DNA from: a virus
Taxonomy: Duplodnaviria > Caudoviricetes
IMG/VR virus record: IMGVR_UViG_3300032280_000731
Coordinates: 1 to 48,961 of that record
Length of the DNA stretch: 48,961 nucleotides
Reading direction: 5' to 3' (one strand)
The position numbers and the translations under genes were made by a program. The notes under the pieces were generated by a model, which saw nothing but the letters and a program-made list of their open reading frames with translations, searched no databases and had not been told where the DNA came from. Numbering within the stretch: the first letter of the stretch is position 1; each line of letters opens with the position of its first letter. Shown in pieces: positions 36,782 through 46,451 of the stretch.

Positions 36782-38086
36782 ATGGCTTTATATTATGTTA
36801 GAGTTAATGGACGTTTAACAAGAGTGGTTAATCCACCAGAAAGTGCAGTATTAACAACAGAAGCTGCTGTTACTTCACTTTCACAAAGTATCACAGCATC
36901 TTTGGCATCAGAAAGAACACTTTGGCAACTAGCAGATAGTGCATTGGTGTCAGTTGACAATACGTATGGTGCAAATATTGCAACATTAACGTCAGGTCTT
37001 GCGGCTGAGATTACCAATAGAAATACAGCGATATCAGCAGCAGTATCTGGTTTGGCATCTACTTCATACGTAGATACAGCAGTCGGATCCGTTGTTGGTG
37101 GAATTAATGATATAACAGGCGACGTTTTCGCAACAGGTGTTGGTTCTCAAGCAGCAACCGTAAAAGGTATGGGCGGTTCAAGTAGCAAAATGCATTTCGT
37201 TATTAAAGGCGGAAAATACAATACGCTTCAACAAGCCGTCGATGCAGCGGCACATGATGACTTGATCCTTGTTGGACCTCCAGATGCAGGTTCTTCCTGG
37301 GGCGATGTTACTTTCGTAGGCGACAAGAGACTTTTCGTAGTAGGTCTTGGTGCAAAGCACGGACAAAACGTTGCGATTGGAAAGGTAACGTATGCTCCAA
37401 CTACCGGAGCAAATATCATTAAAAATGAAGTTTGGATCCGTAACGTATTTATCTCTGGCAATTTCTCTTCAAGCCCAGCAGTTGTATTCGGAGGCGATAC
37501 TGCAAGCGACAAGGCTGCTCGTCTTCGTATCCAAGATAGCTACATTTATAACACCGGAACATCTGGCGATGTAATCGTTGTTAAAAATCAAGCAGCCGGA
37601 AGCAGCTTGTATATTGACAATTCTTTAATTCAAGCCCCATTAGCAGTTAGCGGCACCGGCGCTGTATTAAAACACGTTAAAGGCTATACATACGTTAAAG
37701 GCTCTGAATTTGTCGGCGGCGGATATGCAGTTGATTGTGCAGCCGGAAACCTTATTATGATGAATTCAACGTTGGAAATGAATGGCGTCCGTGAAATTGC
37801 AAGAGTTACTGGTGGACTTTTGAGCTTCTCATTTGGAACCATGACCAATAGCACAGTTAGCGGTTCTGGCGTCAACTTAACAACCGCAGGAGCAACATTA
37901 GCAATGGGTTATTCTGGATTTGTTGTTGCAAACGGACCAGGATATTGTGTAAATGGTGTAGCAGGAACCTATTATCTAAATGCTTCAGTTAACTATTCTG
38001 ATACCGGATCAGGCACTTATAACAAGAGAGTTAAAAACTTGGTAACATCAATAGCTACGGCGACGACACCAACGTCAGCGGCATGA
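36782..38086 (+). CDS. fibre/tailspike-like protein with a beta-helix-like C-terminal region
   Basis: N-terminal AAEITNR coil as in 31405; YNTLQQAVDAA…DLILVGP beta-helix cap. Confidence 0.75.
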   Translation: MALYYVRVNGRLTRVVNPPESAVLTTEAAVTSLSQSITASLASERTLWQLADSALVSVDNTYGANIATLTSGLAAEITNRNTAISAAVSGLASTSYVDTAVGSVVGGINDITGDVFATGVGSQAATVKGMGGSSSKMHFVIKGGKYNTLQQAVDAAAHDDLILVGPPDAGSSWGDVTFVGDKRLFVVGLGAKHGQNVAIGKVTYAPTTGANIIKNEVWIRNVFISGNFSSSPAVVFGGDTASDKAARLRIQDSYIYNTGTSGDVIVVKNQAAGSSLYIDNSLIQAPLAVSGTGAVLKHVKGYTYVKGSEFVGGGYAVDCAAGNLIMMNSTLEMNGVREIARVTGGLLSFSFGTMTNSTVSGSGVNLTTAGATLAMGYSGFVVANGPGYCVNGVAGTYYLNASVNYSDTGSGTYNKRVKNLVTSIATATTPTSAA

Positions 38087-38116
38087 ACTATAAATTTTTT
38101 ATAAAATAATTTATGT

Positions 38117-38148
38117 AAGGTTCCCTCATAATCGGGGGAACCTTTTTT
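38117..38148 (+). terminator. intrinsic terminator
   Basis: AAGGTTCCCTC…GGGGGAACCTTTTTT. Confidence 0.8.
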
Positions 38149-38203
38149 ATTAAACACACTTTGAATACTTCTGAATTTGCTTTTTTTTCATTTAAACAAA
38201 TAG

Positions 38204-38232
38204 TTTAAAATCACTTTTTCGTGTGTTATATT
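38204..38232 (+). promoter_or_regulatory. sigma70-type promoter
   Basis: TTTAAA-N17-TATATT with extended TGT. Confidence 0.6.
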
Positions 38233-38259
38233 ATATCTAAAGGAAAAAGGTATCTGCAT

Positions 38260-38898
38260 ATGACGATGAAGATGGACCGAGAGATTACTATTAAGCGTAG
38301 GAAGCATCCTTCTGCCCCACGTTATCCCGGTCGTGCAAATCAGGAACTTGGTTCAGCTATTACAAAGCTTCTATCCCTACTTGATATGGTAGAGCGAGAG
38401 CAGTTTGCAGAACGTTGCCTTGTTCTTGATGAAGAGGGAACGTCAACAGACTTTGATGCTGTTCTTCCTGGCGATACGGTGGGTGTTGCTTTGGAGTTTG
38501 ATGATGGATACCTTTCAACCCAGCTTAAGGTAGACAAGGTTCTTGATGATGTTATTTACGGTAAAGATCTTTTTACAGAGGATGATATTGAAGTTACTTT
38601 TGAGGAAGCTTCTGCCGCAAGGGCTATGGGATATTTTGAGATCCTATATCGTCCCGATGTTGAAGGTAAGGACGTGCCATACGGAGTGGATACGGAAATG
38701 AAGGTGAAGATTATGGTTGAAGAACAGGATCCAGGCGACGAACACAAGGAGGGGGAAGTTCCAGCCCCTACAACGCCCGAGGGCTTGCCCGAAAACATTG
38801 AGGCACTCGTTGGTGCATCCACAGATCCGGAGGCTCTTAAGGCGCTTCTGGAAGCCCAGAAGAATGGTTCATACAATAGTGATGATGGTGATGTATAA
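38260..38898 (+). CDS. acidic hypothetical protein
   Basis: Likely start 38260 after AAAGG; visibly higher GC than neighbours. Confidence 0.7.
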   Translation: MTMKMDREITIKRRKHPSAPRYPGRANQELGSAITKLLSLLDMVEREQFAERCLVLDEEGTSTDFDAVLPGDTVGVALEFDDGYLSTQLKVDKVLDDVIYGKDLFTEDDIEVTFEEASAARAMGYFEILYRPDVEGKDVPYGVDTEMKVKIMVEEQDPGDEHKEGEVPAPTTPEGLPENIEALVGASTDPEALKALLEAQKNGSYNSDDGDV

Positions 38899-38914
38899 CC
38901 TATCGTGAGGTTAT

Positions 38915-39109
38915 ATGTCCACTCCATTAGAAAAATACAAAGAAGCTTTAAAGACCTTTATAGGTTCAAATAAAAACAAAGAAGCAATATACGCTTATTC
39001 AGTTGCCGTATGGACCGCTACTCGTTCGGGTGGCGGTCTTTCTTTTTCTCAAATCTCTGACGCTATAGATGAAACGTTTAAAGAATATACCGAAAGGAAT
39101 GATGTTTGA
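38915..39109 (+). CDS. hypothetical protein
   Basis: GAGG RBS; TGATG coupling to the next gene. Confidence 0.65.
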   Translation: MSTPLEKYKEALKTFIGSNKNKEAIYAYSVAVWTATRSGGGLSFSQISDAIDETFKEYTERNDV

Positions 39110-40029
39110 TGCTTAATGGAATTCCAAAAGAATTTTTCATTCCACCGGCTACAGAGGTTATCTTTGTAGCGGATTTCTTTGCAGAAGATTTGATCGGCGG
39201 CGCAGAACTTACAAGTGAAGCAATCATACAGGCTTCACCTTATAAGCTTTTCAAAATGCATAGCCATTCGCTGAATGAAAAAATGATTAGACTACATAAA
39301 GATAAGATATGGGTATTTGGAAATCATACAATGGTTCCTCCACATATACTTGCTTTCCTAATGAATATAGGAATAAAGTATTATTTCTTTGAATATGATT
39401 TTAAGCCATGCATAATGCGGTCAACTCTTAAACATGAAATGCAATCTGGAAAGCCTTGTGATTGTCATTTACAAACATACGGAAAGTTTCATGCAACGTT
39501 TATGACAGGGGCAAAAGTCCTATATTGGTGTTCCGATAAACAAAGAGACAAGTTCTATAGTCTCTATCCAGAGTTTAAAGGACGAACAAAAGACTTCACA
39601 CAAGGCAGCACCTATTATCCTGAAACAATCCTAAACATTCGTAAAATTAGAGAACGCAAGGAAGCAGGAGAGTTGGTTCCAGAAAATCATTGGTCCATTC
39701 TTGGAAGTGATAGCTGGATTAAAGGAACCGAGGATGCCGTAAAATATTGTAATGACAATAATATGTCATACGTATTACTTAAAGGTCTTTCTAATGATAA
39801 ATTCCTCGAAGAGTTAGCAAAAAGCAAAGGTCTTATATTTTTTCCAAGGGATATCGATGTTGGTTCACGTATTACCACAGAATGTAAACTTCTCGGAGGA
39901 CAACCTATTGTTAACGACTTCGTTCTTCATGTTACAGAAGAATGGTTCAATAAAACAATTCCAGAAATTGAGGAATATTTGATCGATGGTCCCGACCGTT
40001 TTTGGCGCATATTAAATCAAAATAAATGA
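39109..40029 (+). CDS. GT-B glycosyltransferase-like protein
   Basis: GGAE N-terminal motif; WIKG; GLIFFP…D…R…ECKLLG. Confidence 0.7.
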   Translation: MLNGIPKEFFIPPATEVIFVADFFAEDLIGGAELTSEAIIQASPYKLFKMHSHSLNEKMIRLHKDKIWVFGNHTMVPPHILAFLMNIGIKYYFFEYDFKPCIMRSTLKHEMQSGKPCDCHLQTYGKFHATFMTGAKVLYWCSDKQRDKFYSLYPEFKGRTKDFTQGSTYYPETILNIRKIRERKEAGELVPENHWSILGSDSWIKGTEDAVKYCNDNNMSYVLLKGLSNDKFLEELAKSKGLIFFPRDIDVGSRITTECKLLGGQPIVNDFVLHVTEEWFNKTIPEIEEYLIDGPDRFWRILNQNK

Positions 40030-40058
40030 TTTAAACATTGCTTTTATTGTGCTATTCT
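40030..40058 (+). promoter_or_regulatory. sigma70-type promoter
   Basis: TTTAAA-N17-TATTCT with extended TGC. Confidence 0.6.
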
Positions 40059-40079
40059 AATAAATGGAGAAAAACGTAT

Positions 40080-40226
40080 ATGTCAGCAAGTCTGTATTTC
40101 TATCGGCAACTTATTAAGCTTATGCCTAAAACCGTTAGTTCCAACAATAATGATGTCTTCTTTCTTCCAGAAGAAGAAGATGAAGATGATGGTTTCCACG
40201 ACGAGGAGGAATATCGTGACGAGTGA
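40080..40226 (+). CDS. small protein with highly acidic C-terminus
   Basis: GGAG RBS; EEEDEDDGFHDEEEY. Confidence 0.55.
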   Translation: MSASLYFYRQLIKLMPKTVSSNNNDVFFLPEEEDEDDGFHDEEEYRDE

Positions 40227-41229
40227 TTTTTATAAGGGATACGTCAATACCGGAGATTTGGACTATAAGGACGTTTTCCTTATTCCTCAATACAGCGAAG
40301 TAACGTCACGATCCCAGGTATCGACTTCTGTCCGTATTGGCGATATGAAGATTGATGTTCCTGTTATTTCAGCAAATATGGATACTGTCACCTCTGGCGA
40401 TATGGCTCATGCTATGTCAGAAGGTGGAGCTATTGGAGCTATCCATAGATTTATGGACGTAAATCAGAACGTTCGTGAGTTTGAGATTGCCCGTGGCAAG
40501 TCCAATCCATGTTTTGTTTCTATTGGCGTTAACGAAGAAAGCAAAGAGAGAGCGGTAGCACTATATGATGCTGGTGCCCGTAATTTCGTTATTGATATCG
40601 CTCATGGTCATTCCCGTATGATGCGAGATATGACTACTTGGCTTCGTAACAAATATTCTGATGTTTATATTATGGCTGGCAATGTAGCTACGGGTCAGGC
40701 AGTAATGGATCTTGTTTCATGGGGAGCTAATGCCGTTAAGGTTGGTATTGGTCCCGGTAATGTTTGCACCACAAAGAATGTTACTGGCGTCACCGTTCCA
40801 CAGTTTAGTGCTGTTAAGGAATGTGCTAACATTGTCTATGCTATGAATAGCAAGCCTCTTATCGTAGCTGATGGTGGTATCACCGAGATTGGTGACATTG
40901 CCAAGGCTCTTGGTGCGGGTGCCGATCTTGTCATGTGTGGCAGACTGTTCGCAAGCTGCCGTGAGGCTCCAGGTGAGCGTGTAGGTGGCAAGAAGGTTTA
41001 TCGTGGTATGGCAAGCCGTGATGCAATGTCAACCATTCGTAATGTTTCTTCTCTTCCTACCGCAGAAGGCATTTCTACTCTTATTGATGCAAGTGAGCAA
41101 AGTGCATCTGATGTTGTTAATCAGATTAAGGGAGGTCTGCAAAGTTCTTTCTCTTATTCAAATGCTCGTAATCTTGAAGAATTCCATCTTAATGTTAAGT
41201 TCGGAATTCGTCATACTCAAATGAAGTAA
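40216..41229 (+). CDS. IMP dehydrogenase/GMP reductase family enzyme (no CBS domains)
   Basis: [36 protein letters not shown] and YRGMAS; GTG start at 40216 after GAGGAGG. Confidence 0.9.
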   Translation: MTSDFYKGYVNTGDLDYKDVFLIPQYSEVTSRSQVSTSVRIGDMKIDVPVISANMDTVTSGDMAHAMSEGGAIGAIHRFMDVNQNVREFEIARGKSNPCFVSIGVNEESKERAVALYDAGARNFVIDIAHGHSRMMRDMTTWLRNKYSDVYIMAGNVATGQAVMDLVSWGANAVKVGIGPGNVCTTKNVTGVTVPQFSAVKECANIVYAMNSKPLIVADGGITEIGDIAKALGAGADLVMCGRLFASCREAPGERVGGKKVYRGMASRDAMSTIRNVSSLPTAEGISTLIDASEQSASDVVNQIKGGLQSSFSYSNARNLEEFHLNVKFGIRHTQMK

Positions 41230-41235
41230 TATAAA

Positions 41236-42201
41236 ATGACCAAATATCAGCTACCACTATTTGAAGATCCAACAACCCTACCAACCGGAAAAAATCACGT
41301 CTCATATTCAGAGATTTCCGACTGGATGGATTGTTCTTATCGTCACCGACTTAAGCATATTGAGAAGATCAATATGGGTAAGCCAAGTATTCATACGGAA
41401 TATGGTCAGGTAATCCACGACGTTCTTGAGAATTATATTCTTGGTAAGCACGAGCTTAATGATGAAACGATTGCTACTGCTACAGATGCTTTTCAAAAGC
41501 TATGTGGCGAACTGAAAGAAAAGCACAATATCAACGTTTCTGATAAAGATATCAAAGACTTTTCCGCTTCTATTCCAGAGATTGTTAATTCTGTTCCTGC
41601 TTTCTTGGACGAAACGTTCCCTGGTTGGACCGGGTTCGCAGCCGAGCACGCTCTATATGAAAGCGTAGCGGGACAGACTAATAAGTGGTTCAAAGGATTT
41701 ATTGATACGGTTATTAGAATTCCAAAGAATTCTCGTAAGGGCAAAAAGACTTCTGCGCCAGAAGATAATGAAGGCGCAACGGTTATGCGCCTTTCAGAAC
41801 TTGTTAAGCAAGTTAAGCCAGGAGAAGAAAATCAAGAGTTTGGCGATGGCTATGAGTTTTGGATCATTGACTGGAAGACTACTTCATGGGGCTGGGATGC
41901 CATGAAGAAGAGAGATTTCCAGAAGCAACTACAGCTTGTATTCTATAAGCATTATTTTTGTCGTTTGCTTAATCTACGTCTTGATCAAGTTAAGTGCGGA
42001 TTTGTATTGCTTAAGCGAACGCCTCGCAAGAGTGACAACAGCCGTTGTGAACTTGTTCCAGTAAGTGTAGGACCAAAGACCGAGACAAAGGCTCTTGAAG
42101 TATTGAATAATATGATCAATCAAGTGTCCAGCGGCCGAGCTATCAAAAACCGCAATAGTTGTAGGTTTTGCGACTATAATGGAACAGAACATTGCACTTG
42201 A
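41236..42201 (+). CDS. PD-(D/E)XK exonuclease (RecB/AddB/Cas4-like)
   Basis: SYS…C, G..IH, E, GFID, IIDWKT, QL.FY and C-terminal CRFC…C. Confidence 0.85.
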   Translation: MTKYQLPLFEDPTTLPTGKNHVSYSEISDWMDCSYRHRLKHIEKINMGKPSIHTEYGQVIHDVLENYILGKHELNDETIATATDAFQKLCGELKEKHNINVSDKDIKDFSASIPEIVNSVPAFLDETFPGWTGFAAEHALYESVAGQTNKWFKGFIDTVIRIPKNSRKGKKTSAPEDNEGATVMRLSELVKQVKPGEENQEFGDGYEFWIIDWKTTSWGWDAMKKRDFQKQLQLVFYKHYFCRLLNLRLDQVKCGFVLLKRTPRKSDNSRCELVPVSVGPKTETKALEVLNNMINQVSSGRAIKNRNSCRFCDYNGTEHCT

Positions 42202-42233
42202 GTTAAACCAAAAAAACCGGCGTGAGATAAACT

Positions 42234-42266
42234 ATCCTGTGAGCTGTTAAAGCCACAGGATTTTTT
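42234..42266 (+). terminator. probable intrinsic terminator
   Basis: ATCCTGTG…CACAGGAT followed by a T run. Confidence 0.6.
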
Positions 42267-42347
42267 ATGCTTATATTAAACATATTGGTTCTAATGGTCG
42301 TTATAGCTGTATTTGTAATGACATTAAGATTAGGAAATAAACAATAA
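42267..42347 (+). CDS. possible 26-aa single-TM peptide
   Basis: MLILNILVLMVVIAVFVMTLRLGNKQ*. Confidence 0.35.
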   Translation: MLILNILVLMVVIAVFVMTLRLGNKQ

Positions 42348-42355
42348 AATAACAA

Positions 42356-42517
42356 ATGAAACATTTAGAAGATAACAATTTTGGATACTTTGAGCATATG
42401 AAGAAAGCTATATCATATGCTAAACGTTGTTTTATTGTTATGATTAAGTTGCTAATACACGCTATATATCCGGATATATTTCAAGATACTGGATGGAAAG
42501 ATTTAGGTAAAAGATGA
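42356..42517 (+). CDS. small DUF6356-like protein (53 aa)
   Basis: HLEDNNFGYFEHM…LLIHAIYPDIF; ATGA-coupled to the next gene; not in the ORF track. Confidence 0.65.
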   Translation: MKHLEDNNFGYFEHMKKAISYAKRCFIVMIKLLIHAIYPDIFQDTGWKDLGKR

Positions 42518-43029
42518 ACATAACATTTCGCACTCTATTAAAAGAGATTGGTGTTCCTGTAAATGGAATAATACACATAGGAACAAATCTTGGTGAGCAA
42601 GCAAGAATATATTACGATAATCAAGTTAATCACGTATTGTGGTTAGATCGTAATCGTAGTAATCTTTCAGAACTATACAATAAAACTAAACAATATCCTT
42701 TGCGTCAACAATATGTTGCCGAAATATTTCTTGATAAAGACGTGAAAGACGTTTCAAAAACATTTGACAATTTTCAAAAAGAAAATGTCGCTCGTTTACC
42801 AATTGAACATTATGACACTCTTATCGTTGATGTAGATGATGGCAGCGAATTTAAAGTATTAGCAGGATTTGAAAATAATCTACGGCGCTCTCCTGCATTT
42901 ATTAAAAGAATTCTTACGAAGGTGAGAGGAACGGGTGATATGGACAAGTATCTGTCCCAGTTTGGTTTTAAACAATCCCTAAGCTCTCTTAATGAGATAA
43001 GCTGGGGTGATGCATTATACACAAGGTGA
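42514..43029 (+). CDS. degenerate FkbM-like methyltransferase
   Basis: GIIHIG..GE, DVDDGSEFKVLAG and WGDALY. Confidence 0.6.
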   Translation: MNITFRTLLKEIGVPVNGIIHIGTNLGEQARIYYDNQVNHVLWLDRNRSNLSELYNKTKQYPLRQQYVAEIFLDKDVKDVSKTFDNFQKENVARLPIEHYDTLIVDVDDGSEFKVLAGFENNLRRSPAFIKRILTKVRGTGDMDKYLSQFGFKQSLSSLNEISWGDALYTR

Positions 43030-43036
43030 ATAATAT

Positions 43037-44041
43037 ATGAAAATAAGCGCATACTGCACTACTCGAAACTGTGATGAAATGGAATATCCATACTTGGAGT
43101 CCATCCGTAGTCATTTAGCATTTGCAGATGAAGTCGTTGTTTATGATACCAGCAATGGTAAAGATAAGACATTATCAATCTTAAACGCATTGGCTGTTCA
43201 AGAACCAAAACTAAAAGTCGTTCATAGCGATAAGATTGATTGGGATGCTCCTAATCATGGAGTATTTGATGGACAGACAAAGACTTTATCAAGAAAACAA
43301 TGCACAGGAGATATTCTCTGGCAATTTGATGTAGACGAGATTGTTCATGAAAATCACATATCACTAATCAGACCATTAGCTGAAACGTTCATGAAGCAAA
43401 ATGGTTTTAATCTTATGGCGCTTCCTGTTGTTGATTATTGGGGCAGGGATGGTAAAGCTCGATTAGATGTAACTGTGTGGAAGTGGCGTTTATCTAAAAA
43501 TAATCCGGACATTATTCACGGCATTCCAACTCAACTACGCAAATATGAGAATGGATTATTATATGCACGTCAGGGAACAGATGGTTGTGATTATATCTCA
43601 GCAACTAGTGGCAATGTAATACCATGTGTAGGATATCTTCCGCCTGGATTTGACCAAATGAAACAAGCTGCTGTTCGTGATGAAAAGCTTGTTGCAAAAG
43701 CAGAAAAGTTTTTGAATGAAGTATTATCTCAGTTACCTGGCGTCCATCACTATTCTTGGTTTAACATTGAACGCAAGATAAGAAACTTCAGAACGTTCTG
43801 GAATGCTTCTTGGAAGAGTTTATATAACGAAGAAAGAGACGAGCGTAGTAATCCATTTTTCCCTGGACTTACATGGTCAGAAATAACAGACGATATGAAC
43901 AAGCAAAAGGCTATGGAACTTGAAAATGGCACAGGTGGTCATGTGTTTCATCATCCTTGGGATGGAAGCAGGAATAACTCATATAGGGTTGAAATGGGGC
44001 ATCCAAACATAGTAAAAGAATGGATTGAGGCTAACAAATGA
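43037..44041 (+). CDS. GT2-like glycosyltransferase
   Basis: DEVVVYD, CTGD…QFDVDE and HHYSW. Confidence 0.8.
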   Translation: MKISAYCTTRNCDEMEYPYLESIRSHLAFADEVVVYDTSNGKDKTLSILNALAVQEPKLKVVHSDKIDWDAPNHGVFDGQTKTLSRKQCTGDILWQFDVDEIVHENHISLIRPLAETFMKQNGFNLMALPVVDYWGRDGKARLDVTVWKWRLSKNNPDIIHGIPTQLRKYENGLLYARQGTDGCDYISATSGNVIPCVGYLPPGFDQMKQAAVRDEKLVAKAEKFLNEVLSQLPGVHHYSWFNIERKIRNFRTFWNASWKSLYNEERDERSNPFFPGLTWSEITDDMNKQKAMELENGTGGHVFHHPWDGSRNNSYRVEMGHPNIVKEWIEANK

Positions 44042-44877
44042 ATATATCTGTCATAGGAAATGGTTTTGTCGGTGGTGCCGTTGCAAATGGTTTCAAACAT
44101 AGAAAACCTTTAATATACGATGTTGATCCATCTCGTTCGAATTGCTCGTTAAATCAAGCTTTGGATGCAAATTACATATTCATATGTTTGCCCACACCTA
44201 TGACTCATGTGGAGGGTGGTCGAGCAAATCTTTCAATATTGTTTAATTTTTTTGAGAACATAAAAGCTTTGCAAATTAAAGGAATATTTGTTATCAAATC
44301 TACAGTTCCTGTTGGGACAACAAAGAAATTAGCCGAAACATATCCGACATTTAAATTTGTTCACAATCCAGAGTTCTTAACTGCGGCAAATGCCAATAGC
44401 GATTTTATAAATGCAGATCGCACAGTTCTAGGCGGTTCAGAAGACGATGTAAATCACGTGGCTATACTATACCAAACAGATTTCAAAAATATCCCTATCC
44501 TTCGAATGAAGTCTGACGAATCAGAATTGGTCAAATATACTGCAAATTGCTTCTTGGCAATGAAGGTTATGTTTTTCAATGAAATAAAGCTTCTAACAGA
44601 AGATATTAATGCTGATTATGGTAAAGTTATTGATGGAGTTTCTAGTGATATCAGAATAGGCAGAGCTCATACTCGAGTTCCTGGACCAGATGGAGACTAT
44701 GGGTTTGGTGGTACATGTTTTCCAAAAGATATCAATGCATTTATAAACGTTATTAAAGATATCAATGGAAATGCCGGAACAGATATTTTTGAAGCTGTCT
44801 GGAAACGAAATAAAGAAGTGCGTAAATATTGGGATTGGGCTAACAGTAAATCTGCTGTGTTAAAGGATATAGAATGA
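44038..44877 (+). CDS. ugd: UDP-glucose/GDP-mannose dehydrogenase family protein (short form)
   Basis: GNGFVG, CLPTP, KSTVPVG, NPEFL, ELVKY..N and GFGGTCFPKD. Confidence 0.88.
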   Translation: MNISVIGNGFVGGAVANGFKHRKPLIYDVDPSRSNCSLNQALDANYIFICLPTPMTHVEGGRANLSILFNFFENIKALQIKGIFVIKSTVPVGTTKKLAETYPTFKFVHNPEFLTAANANSDFINADRTVLGGSEDDVNHVAILYQTDFKNIPILRMKSDESELVKYTANCFLAMKVMFFNEIKLLTEDINADYGKVIDGVSSDIRIGRAHTRVPGPDGDYGFGGTCFPKDINAFINVIKDINGNAGTDIFEAVWKRNKEVRKYWDWANSKSAVLKDIE

Positions 44878-45725
44878 AAATAGTAACAAATGACTACGGC
44901 TGTGGTACTTCAAGTTCAATACTTGATTACAATACGGATAACGTTATTGTAGTGTCCGAACAAAATCACAAACACCTATTTGATATTCGTGGAGAGGACT
45001 TGTTATTTATTGGGCATGACTTCTTAATGTATCTTTGGGATAGCCCCCTATATCGCTCTCATTGGAAAAACTACAAGGGAAATAAGCACATATATTGTTT
45101 TGAAAAAATAGATTGCATAGTTCCAGAATGGCAGAAAAAAAGTCATTATAGCCTTTCCTTGTGTCAACAGTTTACGAATAGCTTCTATGCCAGCGACGAA
45201 CAAGATTGCCGCAAGTATGGGATTAAATGGTTGCCTCAATGGGCATCCAGAAGGTTCTATGACGAGCGTATGCAGCCGATCCAAGAAAATCGTATAACGT
45301 TTAGCGGACAAGCTGGATCTATAGGTTATGAAAAACGAGATGAACTTATGTCGCTTATAGGAAATGATCCGGATCTTAAAGATAAGTTTTACGTAAGCAA
45401 TAAGGGCAGAACAAAGAGTTGGGATGATTACATTACCAACTTCTTAAATCATAAAGTAATATTAGCACCATTTGGAAATTTCAAAGGCTTTAATACAAGA
45501 ACATACGAGGCTCTTACATCTGGTCGTGTATTGCTTCAGCAGGTCGATAGCGAATATGAGTGGCATAGTGAATCCATCAGAAAGTTTAAGAATGTAATAT
45601 TGTTCGAAACATTTGATGAACTTAAACAAACCCTAATGGCTGCTGATCTAGATACATTTCTTGAGAAAGAACCAATAACTCAATTTGAAGAGAATAATTT
45701 TATACAAAGGATGAACAGTATATGA
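44874..45725 (+). CDS. glycosyltransferase-like protein (GT-B C-terminal motif)
   Basis: FSGQ…R, LAPFG…NTRTYEAL.SG. Confidence 0.7.
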   Translation: MKIVTNDYGCGTSSSILDYNTDNVIVVSEQNHKHLFDIRGEDLLFIGHDFLMYLWDSPLYRSHWKNYKGNKHIYCFEKIDCIVPEWQKKSHYSLSLCQQFTNSFYASDEQDCRKYGIKWLPQWASRRFYDERMQPIQENRITFSGQAGSIGYEKRDELMSLIGNDPDLKDKFYVSNKGRTKSWDDYITNFLNHKVILAPFGNFKGFNTRTYEALTSGRVLLQQVDSEYEWHSESIRKFKNVILFETFDELKQTLMAADLDTFLEKEPITQFEENNFIQRMNSI

Positions 45726-46450
45726 ACGAGCAATCATTTTCAATTGGCAATATGCCTTGGAGCACCGAAGAATTCACCAAACTATTAGAAGAGTTTTATT
45801 ATTTATATCAAAGAAGACCTATTCGAGATAATGATGGTGGACAACTTGCGGTGCAACTTTTCTATTCGTGGTTTGTTGCAAAGAAACTCCAGCCGAAGGT
45901 TATAATTGAAAGTGGAGTTTGGAAAGGGCAAGGAACCTGGGCTTTTGAACAAGCTTGTCCTGATGCACAGTTGGTGTGTTTAGATCCTTATCCAAAATAT
46001 TTCAATGGATATGTTTCTAAGAAAGCAATATATCTACATCAAGATTTTAATACTATTAACTGGGAAAAAGTCGATAAAGAAAGTGCGTTATGTTTTTTTG
46101 ATGATCATCAAGATGCTGTGAGTAGATTGAAGGTCTGTAAAAAATGGAACTATAAACACGTAATGTTTGAAGACAACTATCCTCCCGGTCAAGGAGATTG
46201 CAGAAGTCTCAAAAAGCTGTTTGAAACAAACAATCCAGAAGAAGATTTAGATCGCAAAGAATTGTTGTCTTACATAAAAGTCTATCAAGAAATGCCTCCA
46301 ATATATGACATCAAAACAAATCGTTGGGGACTTGATTGGAAAACTTATCGCTCAAATGTTCCTGTTTTAACAGAAATTAAAGCCCCATGGCAGAATCAAT
46401 ATAAAGAAGATATGCGGCAATATACATGGATAAATTACGTAGAGTTATGA
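45722..46450 (+). CDS. class I SAM methyltransferase-like protein
   Basis: IIESGVWKGQGT, CLDP, FFDDHQ and FEDNY. Confidence 0.65.
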   Translation: MNEQSFSIGNMPWSTEEFTKLLEEFYYLYQRRPIRDNDGGQLAVQLFYSWFVAKKLQPKVIIESGVWKGQGTWAFEQACPDAQLVCLDPYPKYFNGYVSKKAIYLHQDFNTINWEKVDKESALCFFDDHQDAVSRLKVCKKWNYKHVMFEDNYPPGQGDCRSLKKLFETNNPEEDLDRKELLSYIKVYQEMPPIYDIKTNRWGLDWKTYRSNVPVLTEIKAPWQNQYKEDMRQYTWINYVEL

Positions 46451-46451
46451 T

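Noticed and set aside
41236-42201. Cas4 as part of a CRISPR system
   Set aside because: No array or other cas genes are present; stand-alone PD-(D/E)XK nucleases are common in phages.
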